DNA of 64,000 nt from Heterodontus francisci. Taxonomy: Eukaryota. Location: assembly GCF_036365525.1 (NCBI RefSeq), contig NW_027142325.1, positions 124,001-188,000 on the forward strand, read 5' to 3'. The position numbers and the translations under genes are program-made. A model generated the notes under the pieces. It ran no database searches. It was not told where the DNA came from and was given only the letters and a program-made list of their open reading frames with translations. Of the stretch, positions 13,105 to 24,385 are shown one piece after another. How positions within the stretch are numbered: position 1 is the stretch's first letter; each line of letters opens with the position of its first letter.

Positions 13105-13790
13105 GGGTCTAAGAGCTAAACCCACCCCAAATTGTGGACTTGCACACTAAATAACAGCGACTCACAGAAAAATTTGAAAAGACAAACAAACAAACAACAG
13201 GTTAGTGGAGAGGCTGAGGTAAGAGAGGAGAGGCAAAGGCAGGCTGGAAGGGATGACTTGCTTTCTGGAGGTGGTGCTCACAGTACACTTAAAACAAACA
13301 GTCTTTGAAGTTGGTCTTCCGGTCCTCTGGTTGGGGGAGTCGTCTTCACCTGGGTCAGCTGAAGCTGCCCAGGCACTATCTATCCCCTTCCGTCTGTTTA
13401 GCTGGGCAGCTTCAGCTGACCCAGGCTTGGCAATTGGGGTGGGGAGGGAGCTTTCCTGTGTGCTTTTGCAGCAGCACAGATTCCTGCTGAATTGGCAGCC
13501 CCACCCCTTGTTGTTCCAGCCACTTGTTCCTCCCCCAACAGTCCAAAGTAAATTACTGGTGTTCAGCACCCACCTCCAGACAAAGCCTTGTTTCCAAAAA
13601 ATGTCCCTTTCTTCTCTTTAATGGAGACTGTTGTTGGAGTTTTCCTCTGCTTGTTGGTAGCTGCTCTCCCTTGCTCAGTGCAGCTCCTCTCTCCACCTCT
13701 GCAACCTCCAACTGCCACCAGCACTCTCAGCTGCACCTCGTTGAGGCTCTCAACACTCAGGATCCCAAATCAGAGAGCAGCCAATCCCAG

Positions 13791-13915
13791 TGCTGTCCCT
13801 GTCCTGGAAGTGTTTGATGGGACAGTGTAGTGGGGGCTCTACTCTGTATCTAATGCGTGCTGTACCTGTGATGGGAGTGCTTAATGGGATAGAGTAGAGG
13901 AGATTTATTCTATTT
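13791..13915 (+). repeat. Two units of a ~67 bp tandem repeat (Tx1 target repeat)
   Basis: tgctgtccctgtcctggaagtgtttgatgggacagtgtag...actctgtatctaatgcg at 13791 is followed by a diverged second unit from 13858. Confidence 0.8.
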
Positions 13916-14240
13916 TTTGATGAGGTAAGAGAGACAGTTGATGAGGTTTGTGCGATTGATGCGGTGCACGTGGATTTCCAAAAGGCATTTGCTAAAGTGC
14001 CGCATAACAAGCTTGTCAGCAATGTCAGAACCTACGGAATAAAAGGGACAGGAGCAGCATGGATACAAAATTGGCGGAGTGAGAGGAAACAGAGAGTAGT
14101 GATGAACGGTTGTTTTTTCAGACTGGAGGAAGACATTCTCAAGGGGTCAGTGTTGGAACCCCATCTTTTCCTGATATATATTAATGACATCGATGTGGGG
14201 GCACAATTTCAATATTTGTGGATGACACAAAACTTGCAAT
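13900..14240 (+). mobile_element. Decayed CR1 RT fragment
   Basis: Translates to DFQKAFAKVPH...WIQNW...GSVLEP.LFLIYIND. Confidence 0.85.
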
Positions 14241-14958
14241 TTCTGTGCTGCAGTAATTAGAAGATGTAGTCAGCAGGGCAGCTGCTTAACTGGAACATTC
14301 TCACAGCTGTTAAGCTGGAAAAACCCTTCTCTGGCTGTTCTGCCCCTCTCACTCTCTCACCCCTTTTAAGGTAGAAACTTGTCAGGTTGGGGTGTCAGTC
14401 AGGTGACTAAGGCCTCTCTCCTCTGGGATGATTCATACTATGTTCCAGGATATGGGAAGCGTTGTTCTATGAAGGTATATAAATGTTGTCTATTCTGATG
14501 AAAAGATGTGACTTCATACCTATGGCTGCAGAGTCAGTCTGTCTACAATAATCTTTGTTACCTCCATTCCTGAAGATTGGAGGGGGTGCATGGAATGGGG
14601 TGTTTTTCAATTCAAATTCCCTAACGTTAATTCAGATGTGGATAATGGGTTTCATCTTGAACAGACAGAAATGTTTATTGACAGCGCAGGAGGGGGTCAC
14701 CTGACTTCTTCAATTTTGTCTGTGGCATAAATGTGCCCATTTGTAGTTCAGATCAGCAGTTTGCTTTTATGTCATAATTCCTCCCGTTCATTTCATATTT
14801 CATCACCGTTCCCTTTGTGAGCAACACTAATGTATTCTGTGTAATTTACCATCATCTTTGCACTGGAAATGAAGAAACACTTTGATCAACTTCTGTATTT
14901 TGGAGTTAAGAGACACGAAGCAGCGAGTGAGAAGGACGAAACACCGGAGAGTTTGGTG

Positions 14959-15019
14959 ATGAGGTTTCTCTACGTTTGGCTTTCTGCAGTCCTGCTCTCG
15001 GTCTCGGTGCGGGGTTACA
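14959..15019 (+). CDS. Putative exon 1: signal peptide MRFLYVWLSAVLLSVSVRGY
   Basis: Hydrophobic leader in one of the few non-TE stretches. Phase-1 donor A|GTAGGT at 15019/15020 is compatible with the V1 exon; G|GTTACA at 15013 is an alternative. Confidence 0.6.
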
Positions 15020-15599
15020 GTAGGTGCTTTCCAACAACTGTTCAAATTCATTTTGTTAGCCAATTGCCATTTTTATCATTTCACTACAGGGTCGCGATTG
15101 GGAGAAAGTCCAGGGGAGCGACAGTCAGAGTCAGAGAAACGGGGAGGGGTGGAGTGAGTATCAAGTTTCCAGCTGGACACAGGGATATCATAATTAACCA
15201 CTGTATGGCTCAGGGAATTAGGTGTTTTTAGAAATGATAAATGATGCCAAGGAGAAACTGCAGAAAAGACTTCCTAGAATGGTGCAAAGGATGAGGAATC
15301 AGTTAAGTGGAGTGTTACAGACAGGTGGTAAGTGGTGTGGTGGCTTCCACTTTTCACCTCTCAACTAACCGCAGTCATGTTTTGTTAAAAATGGTGCCTT
15401 AGTCCCTGAGGTTTTATTGCAGGTTAAAAATGAAGATAACGTAAAAGTTATCTCTCTGGAGAGAGAGGGGCAGAGCAGCCTGAGAAAGTCTTTTTCAGCA
15501 GAACAGCTGTGAGAATCCTTGGAATACTATACAAAACTTCACTACTCCTGTAATCAAATCCTCTTGCAATAAAGGCTAACCTAGCATTAGCCTTCTTAA

Positions 15600-17365
15600 T
15601 AAAAGCAAAATACTGCGGATGCTGGAAATCTGAAATAAAAACTAGAAATGCTGGAAATATTCAGCAGGTCTGGCAGCATCTGTGGAAAGAGAAGCAGAAT
15701 TAAGGTTTCAGGTCAGTGACCCTTCATCAGAACTGGCAGATATTAGAAATGTAAACCGTTACAAGCAAGTAAAGCGGGGGTGGGGCAAGAGACAACAAAG
15801 GAGAAGGTGTAGATAGGACAAGGTCACCAAATAGCTGACCAAAAGGTCACGGAGCAAAGATTTGTTAATGGTGCATTGAAAGACAAAGCTTTAGTACAGA
15901 AAGGGTGTTAACGGACTGAAAATTGAACAGCCACAAGTACAAACATGAAAAAAAAAGTGGGTATGCAAACTGAGAAAACTAAGATGAAATAAAATAAAAT
16001 AAACACAAAAGAATATATATTAAAAAAAATAAAAAATAAAAAAATAACTAAAAATAAAAGTAAAATGGAGGGCCCGTCATGCTCTGAAATTATTGAACTC
16101 AATGTTCAGTCCGGCAGCCTGTAGTGTGCCTATTCGGTAGATGAGATGCTGTTCCTCGAGCTTGCGTTGATGTTCACTGGAACACTGCAGCAATCCCAGG
16201 ACAGAGATGCGAGCATGAAAGCAGGGGTATGTGTTGAAATGGCAAGCAACCAGAAGCTTGGGGTCCTGCTTGTAGACTGAGCGGAGGTGTTCTGCAAAGC
16301 GGTCACCCAGTCTGCGTTTGGTCTCCACAATGTAGAGGAGACCACATTGTGAGCAGCGAATACAGTATACTACGTTGAAAGAAGTACAAGTAAATCGCTG
16401 CTTCAACTGAAAGGAGAGTTTGGGGCGTGGGATAGTGAGGAGAGAGGAGGTAAATGGGCAGGTATTACACCTCCTGCGATTGCAGGGGAAGGTGCCGTGG
16501 AAAGAGGATGAGGGGGTGAGGGTAATGGAGGAGTGGACCAGGGTGTCACGGAGGGAACGATCCCTTCGGAATGCTGATGGGGAAGGGAGGGGAAATGCGG
16601 TTGGTAGTGGCATCACGCTGAAAGTGGCGGAAATGGGGGAGGGTGATCCTTTGGATATGGAGGCTGATGGGGTGGAAAGTGAAGACAAGGGGAACCCTGT
16701 CACGGTTCTGGGAGGGAGGGGAAGGGGTGAGGGTAGAGGTGCAGGAAATGGGCCGGACACGGTTGAGGGCCCTGTTAACCACAGTGGGGGGGATTCCTCG
16801 GTTGAGGAAAAAGGTCATATCAGTAGCACCGTCATGGAAGGTAGCATCATCAGAGCAGATGCGTCGGAGACGGAGAAACTGGGAGAATAGAATGGAGTCT
16901 TTACAGGAGGCAGGGTGTGAAGAAGTGTAGTTGAGGTAGCTGTGGGAGCTGTGGGAGCCCAGCCTCCACAAGAAGCCAAGTTTGCAGTCCAATAATGTTT
17001 TAGAAATAGTTTGTGTGTCACTTCAAAATAGTCTGGAGAAAATGTCATTAAATGGAGAGTTTTAAGCATGGGTTTATAATGGATATTAGTAGACAGCCTA
17101 TCCCCAGTGATGGAGACAGAGAAGTCGAGGAAGGGAAGGGAAGTGTTGGAGATGGACCATGTAAAGGTGAGAGAAGGGTGGAAATTAGAAGCAAAGTTGA
17201 TAAAGTTTTCCAGTTCGGGGCGGGAGCAGGAAACGGCACCGATACAGTCATCAATGTACTGGAAAAAGATTTGGGGAAGGAGGCCTAAATAGGACTGGAA
17301 GAAGGAATATTCGACATATCCCATAAAAAGACAGGCATAACTAGGACCCATGCGGGTACCCATAA
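15600..17365 (-). mobile_element. Penelope-like element (Poseidon type), 5'-truncated
   Basis: RT motifs GTRMGPSYA and YIDD. GIY-YIG region VVYCIRCSQCGLLYIVETKRRLGDRFAEH. Pseudo-LTR end at 15600-15740. Confidence 0.92.
15698..15736 (-). ncRNA. Minimal hammerhead-ribozyme-like motif in the Penelope pseudo-LTR (probably degenerate)
   Basis: The minus strand reads CUGAUGA-agGGUC-acu-GACCu-GAAAC-CUUA, i.e. both catalytic boxes flanking stem II. Confidence 0.6.
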
Positions 17366-19521
17366 TGGTGCCCTGCTGACGACATCTTCCAACAACTTCA
17401 GAAGAGAAATTTCAAGGTGATTTTGGGATTCCCCATCAGTGAAACTAAACCAGGAATTTCCCAATTGACTTTGGATAGAGGCTTAACCAAAAGGAGCCTG
17501 CAACACTTCATCCTGTTGTTTTAAAACAGTTCCTGAAATGGTTGCAACCTTTAAACCTTTAACCGGTAAAACCCACACATTCCCAGGAAATGCATTATTT
17601 CCCTCTGAGTTTTGGGAATGGGGAAATCTACCAGGCCTTGCACTTTTCCTGCCCTTGACAACACCTGACCTTGGCCTAGAATGTGACCTAAATAGCTTAC
17701 TTTAGCCTTAGTGAACTTGCTCCTTGCTAAATTGGCCTCCAGGTGAGCTGTCAGTAAACCCTTCAAGAGTTCCCTTAAATGGTTCAGGTAGTCTTCCCAA
17801 GTATCACTGTAAACTAATAGGTCATCCAATTAGATGACACAGTTGTTTAAACCAGCTACCGCCTGGTTCATGAGTCTTTGGAAAGTTGCTGGGGTGTTCT
17901 TTGTATAAGGCATCTTTGTACATTGGTATAAGGCATCGGGGTGAGAAATTCTGAAATTTCTCTTGCTTGGGTGGTCCTGGGGACTTGCCAATATCCTTTC
18001 AATAAGTCAATTTTACTAATGTAGGTGAAGCTTCCTACTCAGTTAATGCAGTCCTCAATACGGGGGATTGGATAGGAATCTGTTCTTGTTACTGATTGAC
18101 TTTGCTGTAGTCATTGCAAAGTCTGGTTGATCCATCTGGTTTGGTTGCCAATACAATAGGGGAGCTCCAGCTGCTTTGGCTGAGTTCAATTAAATCCAGC
18201 ATTTATTTGATTTCTGTGATGACCTGAGCCAGTTTGTCAGGGGTCAGTCTGCATGGGTTCTGTTTTATTGGTGGTGTCTCTCCTCCATCTACATCGTGTA
18301 TTGTTAAAGATGTGCAACCCGGTTTGTCCCTGCAAATTTCCTCGAACTCCCTTAGCAGTGTTGCTAGGTCCTGTCTCTGCTGGTCAGAGAGATAGTTGAA
18401 TATGGTGCCTAGTCTGCTTAATATTTCTGTATTTTCCAATTTTATTGTGGGGGCTTCGATTTGAGAATTTTCTGGATTTTCTTCCTCGCCTAGTTTGTCT
18501 TCACTAGTGCTGTCTTTCTCTATTGCTCTTACTGTTTGGCATACACTTACTGGCCTATCTGGTTCCTGGCTGTGGTATTATTTTAGCATATTGACGTAGC
18601 AGAGTCTTTTCTTTTTTCTCTGGTCTGGGGTATTAATTAAGTAATTCATGTCACTGACCTTGTTCCTAGACTGTATGGGCCACTGAATCTGGATTTTAGA
18701 GGTTCGCCTTGCAATGGTAACAGTACCAGAAGCTGATCCCCTGGTTTAAATTCACGGGCTGCGTTTTTTTTTTGCCTGCCTGCCTTTTCATGGTCTGAGA
18801 TTCTTTCAGGTGTTATTTTCTTACAGCACCGACTTTAAAAAGTCTCTCTCGAAAAGTGGACACGAAATGTAGTAGTGAGGTTTCCTCCCTATGATTCAGG
18901 AATTTTTCTTGAACCAGTTTCAGCGGGCCTCAAAACCCAATTCAAATGGGCTGAAGTCTGTGGATTCATTTGGTGGATCTTTGGTAACAATCGGCAAAAA
19001 GAAAATTTCTTTATCCCAGTCATGGGGGCAATCACAGCACAATGCCCTGATCATGGTTTTCAGGGATTGATAGTATCGTTCCAGAACCCCTGGAGACTGT
19101 GGGCGGTATGCTGAAGATTTCAACTGTTCGATACCAAGGTTGTGCACTTGGAATGTTGGGGAAATTAGTTCCTTGGCTGGACTGAATTTCTTTGGGCAAG
19201 CTGTATCATGTGAAAAATGGTGTCAGACCCTCAACTCGAGCTCTGGAAGTAATTTTTCTTAAGGGTATGTCTTCTGGGTGGCCATATCCATGATGCTTTG
19301 AAGGTATTGGTAACCTGTCCGAGTTTTAGTCAGTGGTCCCACACATTCAACCAGAAGTCTGCTGAAGGGTTCCTCAAAAGCAGGGGTAGGGATTATTAGA
19401 GTAGGTTTGATTGTGGGTTTGGTTTCCCAGCAAGTATGGCAGGTCTTGCAAAATTTAACCACCTCCTTGTGGATTTGAGGCCAGTAAAAATGTTGGGTCT
19501 TTCTGATAGCCACGTGCCCAG

Positions 19522-20559
19522 TGTTATGACTGAAGCGGGAGGAGTGCACTGTTAATTCAGTCCCACTTCTCCATAGGTCACAACATATATGTAAATTTTC
19601 CCACTTACCGAAGCCATCAATCAGATACTCGATGTTTCCCCTAGAATAAAGCACACCAACCAGGTTTCTTTAATAAACAACTAAATTATCTTTTTATTCT
19701 AAACCAAGTCTTAATCAATAATGAAGTAAAATGTACGCACAAATGGAAATATTAAAGCCCCTTATTTCATCCTAGCCCTCACGCACACACATACATACAC
19801 AACTGGTTAACCGGCAAAAAAAAGGATTTTTGTTTACAGCTGTTACAAAGAAATAAGAGGAATAAAAAAAAAGTTTGACTGAAAAGAAGGTATGGATGTC
19901 CTTTGCTTTGGCGAGGTGTCCCAAAGGGGAATAGGCAGCTGTCAATGGAATCTTCCTGGAACAGTTTTTTCCAGGTGATATTCATGATTAGTCTGGGTAG
20001 GCATTCAAAGAGATGCAGGTACAGAAGGCTTCACATAGGTCTTGCATCAGGTGTGCAGCAACAAAGGTTTCAATTCTCACACGTTTGATGCAAAGTTCCT
20101 TTAAAGATGCAAGGTTTCTGCAAACATGCCGGATTTCTTCAAATACAGGAGGCAACACTTGACACAGGGTTTGCTTTTCAAGAGAAAGATGGGCTGCTTG
20201 ATCTTCTGCTCTCCTGGCAGGTCAATAAGCAAACTCCAACTGACTGTTTTTAACAGATCAAAATGAAACTAAAACCTTTTCACAAACAAGCCTTGTGACA
20301 ACCATAAATATTGAATTGTCATTTCCTTGTAAATAGCTCTTCAGGTCAAAACACAAGCCCTGCTATGTTTACTTGAAATCACATGTTTTCCAGTACTTGT
20401 TTACTCGCTGAAACCAAGAACCTTCTATTGATCTTCCTTTTTTTTAAAACAACCACAAAGTTCAGCCTCTTCAGGATTCCAGATGAATCAGTGTCCACAA
20501 TCCAACTATAATTTCTTAAAATATATTGTACAAAGAAAAATAGAAGCACTCACGTAACA
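19522..20559 (-). mobile_element. Solo LTR inserted in the integrase of element A
   Basis: TGTTAT...GTAACA termini and CCAG TSD. It splits HEIAMAG/HVAIRKT. Same family as 58224-59243, in the opposite orientation. Confidence 0.9.
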
Positions 20560-23500
20560 CCAGCCATAGCGATTTCATGGACAATCCTCAGAATCTCCCT
20601 ACAATGTTTAGGCGGAGTACAATTTGGTGAACCACTGTCAACCCCTCCTCTGTAGGTCACTGCGGAGGTCTCCATTTTCTTATTATTAATCCATTTTTGA
20701 AGTAATAACATTCAGGCATCTTCTCAGCCTCTGCATCAGAACAGGCTGTCTGCTCTATTCTTTTTTAACTCAGGGTCTGCCTGCTGGGCTTTAATTGAAG
20801 ATTTACTGTATACTTCCTTCTCTTTCCCCAAGTCTCCAAAAATTTTCAGCCAGTCAGGCCTCAGGCCTGACTTTGTGGTTCAGCTTGCTCTGTTGGATCT
20901 TTTTTAGCCATGTACCTAGTTCCCATACAGTCAGGGAATATTCCATAGATTGGAGTAAGGGGCGCACGGAAAGAAGACTTTGCCGCGTGAGACGTAGTCA
21001 GAGTGTGAAGCTGGGAATTTGACTCGTGGGAATTCGGTGCAGAGGGGAAAAGAGGTGCTTCTTTTTCACCCTCCAGTAGCTGTCGAAGAAGCAAGTTGCT
21101 TCCCAGAAATAGAGGGGAACCTTGAGATAGCAGCGAGGGTTTGAAAAGTTACGATGGTGAGTCTGTGGGTTCAGAGCTTTCCAAAGAAAATTGGTGTATG
21201 ACATTACAGCAAAGAAGGAAAGTGATTGGTTGGTGAACATTTTCTTTTTTTTTCTTATATGAACTAAGGAATTTTAATTGGGTTTAGTCTAACATTATCT
21301 TCTGAGACTCAGGTAATTTATTAGTGAGGTTTCATTAGTAGTAAGCTTTACTGGCAGTAGTAAAGCTTATCAGTAGTGGTGGGGCTTAGTAGTAGTGGGG
21401 TTTATTAATTCTAAACTAAGAAAAATAAATTACTTAACACATAATAAAGCTGGCAGGGCAAGTGATGTTCCGGCTGCAGTATGTGGGAACTGGTGGACGC
21501 TGGCGTGATCCACGGTAAACGTGTCTTCAGTAAGTATATGCAGTGTGAGGAGTTTCGGCTCAGAGTCAATGAGCTGGAGGCCGAAGGCAGTCACACACCG
21601 CTGAGGATAGCGTCTTCTGATGTCAGTGGTCAGGGACAGGAGGGACTGTGAGTGAGGCAAGTAAGGGGATCGAGAAGGCAGAAGTGGAGGAGCCTCAGCC
21701 CTTGCAATTGTCCAACAGGTTTGAGGTTCTTTCAGCTTGTATGGATGAAAGCGAGGACTGCAGATGAGCAAACTGACTATGGCACCATGGTACAGAAAGA
21801 AATTCAAGTGGAGGGAGTAAGGAGAAATGTGGCGGGAGTAGGAGATAGTGTAGTAAGGGGGATAGACAAAGTTCTCAGCGGCCAAGAGCGAGAGTCCAGA
21901 AGGCTGTGTTGCCTGCCCGGTGCCAGGGTTCGGGACATCTGCTCGGGTCTGAAGAGAAACTTGCAGTGGGAGGGGGAGGATCCAGTTGTCGTAGTCCATG
22001 GGTAACAACGACATAGATAGGACTATGAAAGAGGTTCTACCTAGGGAGTATGAGCAGCTAGGGGCTAAATTATAAAGTAGACCCTCAAAGGCAATAATCT
22101 CTGGATCATTAACTGAGCTATGAGCAAATTGTTAGAGGGTAAATTAGATTAGAGGGTTAAATGTATGATTCAGAGTCCGGTGTGGTAGATATTCGTTTTG
22201 ATTCATTGGGCACTGGCACCAGTACTGGGGAAAGTGAGAGCTCTTATCATTGGGACGTTCTTCACCTGAACCATGCTGGGACCAGTTTTGTGGCGAGTCG
22301 TATAACTAGGGTGGTAGAGAGGATTTTAAACTAAATAGTGGGGGTGATGGGATCAACTGAGAGAAGATTAGATAATTTAAAGAGAGAGGAGAAGGCAAGA
22401 GAGCAAGTTAGTAATAAAGGAATTGATCATCTAAGTGTGGCAGAAAGGGACAGAGCGTAAGAGTGCACCAACAGATAAGGCCAGAGGTTGTGAATATAAT
22501 AAAAAGACAGAACTAAAGGCACTCTATCTGAATGCACACAGCATTCACAACAAAGTAGATGAATTGACAGCACAAATAGAAGTAAATAGATATGATCTGA
22601 TTGCCATTATGGAGACATGGCTGCAGGGTGATCAAGGCTGGGAATTGAATGTTCAAGGGTATTAGACACTTCAGAAGGATAGGCAAAAAGGAAAAGGAGG
22701 TGGGGTAGCACTGTTAATAAAGGATGAGATCAGTACGTTAATGAGAGAGGATCTTAGAGTGAAAGATCAAGATGTAGAATCAGTTTGGTGAGAGCTAACT
22801 AACAGAAGGGACAGCAAACATTGGTAGGAGCATATAATAAGAGTAATGCAGTAATCATGGGGAATTTATTCTACATACAGTTGGGGTAAACCTAATTAGC
22901 ATTAATGTTATGAAGGACAAAATCCTGGAATGTATATGAGATGGTTTTTTAGAACAGTATGTTGAGGAACGAACTAGAAGACGGGCTATTTTGGATCTCA
23001 ATGTGCAATGAGAAAGCGTTGATTAATAATCTCATTATAAATGAATTCTAGGAAAGAGTGACCATAATATCGTAGAATTTTACTTTAAGTTTGAAAGTGA
23101 TGTCGTTCAACTGAAATTAGGGTTAAATCTAAACAAAGGAAACTACAAAGGTATGAGGGGCATGTTGGTTGGGAAGATACATTAAAAGGTATGATGGTAG
23201 ACAGACAATGGGCAGCATTTAAAGAATTAATACATGGTTTACAACAAATTTACATTCCTTTGAGACAAAAAAAGCCCAACAGGAAAGGTGATCCAACAAT
23301 GCATAAATAGAGGAGTTAAATATTATGTTAGATCAAAGGAAGAGGCTTACAAAGTTGCCAAAAAAGTAGTAAGCCTGAGGATTGGGAGCAGTTTAGAATT
23401 CAGCAATGGAGGAGCAAGAAACTGATAAAGAAGTAGAAAATAAAATATGAAAGTAAACTAGTGAGAAATATAAAAACGGACTGTAAAAGCTTCTATAGGT

Positions 23501-24385
23501 ATGTAAAAAGGAAAAGATTAGCAAAGACAAACGTGGGCCCATTACAGGCAAAGATAGGGGAATTTATAATGGGGAATAGGAAATGGCAGAGAAACTAAAC
23601 AAATACTTTGTGTTTGTCTTAACAGAGAAAGATACAAAAAAATTGCCAAAAAACTAAAGAACCAAGGGACGAGCAGGAATGAGGTACTGAACAAAATTAG
23701 TATTAGTTAAAAAAAAGTAGTACCGAATAAATTAATGGGAGTGAAAATTTATAAATCCCCTAGACTTGATGATCTATATCCCAAAGTGTTGAAAGAGGTG
23801 GTTGTAGAGATAATGCGTGGTGATCATCTTCCAAAATTCTATAGATTTTCGAATGGTTTCTGGAGATTGAAAGGTAGCAAATGTAACCCCACTATTTAAG
23901 AAAGGAGGGAGAGAAAACTGGGGAACTACAGACCTGTAAGTCTGACATCAGTAGTAGGGGAAATGCTAAAATCTACTTTAAAGGATGTTACAACTGGACA
24001 CTTAGAAAATGATGGTAGGATTGAGCAGAGTCAACATGGATTTATGAAAGGGAAATCATGTTTGACAAACCTGTTAGAGTTTTTTGAGGATATAACTTGC
24101 AGAATAGATAAGGGGAAACCAGTGGATGTGATATATTTGGATTTTCAGAAGGCATTCAATAAGGTCCCACATAGGAGATTCGTAAGCAAAATTAGAACAC
24201 ATGGGATTAGGGGTAATATACTGGCATAGATTGAAAATTGATTAATGGACAGAAAATGGAGAGTAGGAATAAACAGGCCATGACTAGCTGGGTACTGCAA
24301 GAATCATCACAATATATATCAATGATTTGGACATGGGCACCAAATATAATATTTTCAAGTTTGCTGATGGCACAAAACTAGTTGC

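Larger units (their letters stand above)
7053..13780 (-). mobile_element. Tx1-clade L1 non-LTR retrotransposon, copy B (full length, few lesions)
   Basis: 5' UTR ~13105-13780, ORF1 13104-11060, ORF2 11027-7294, 3' UTR, and a long poly(A)/(CAAAAAAAAA)n tail at 7053-7111. Confidence 0.95.

Noticed and set aside
14869-15231. 120-aa single-exon protein
   Set aside because: Better explained as a leader exon read through into the intron.
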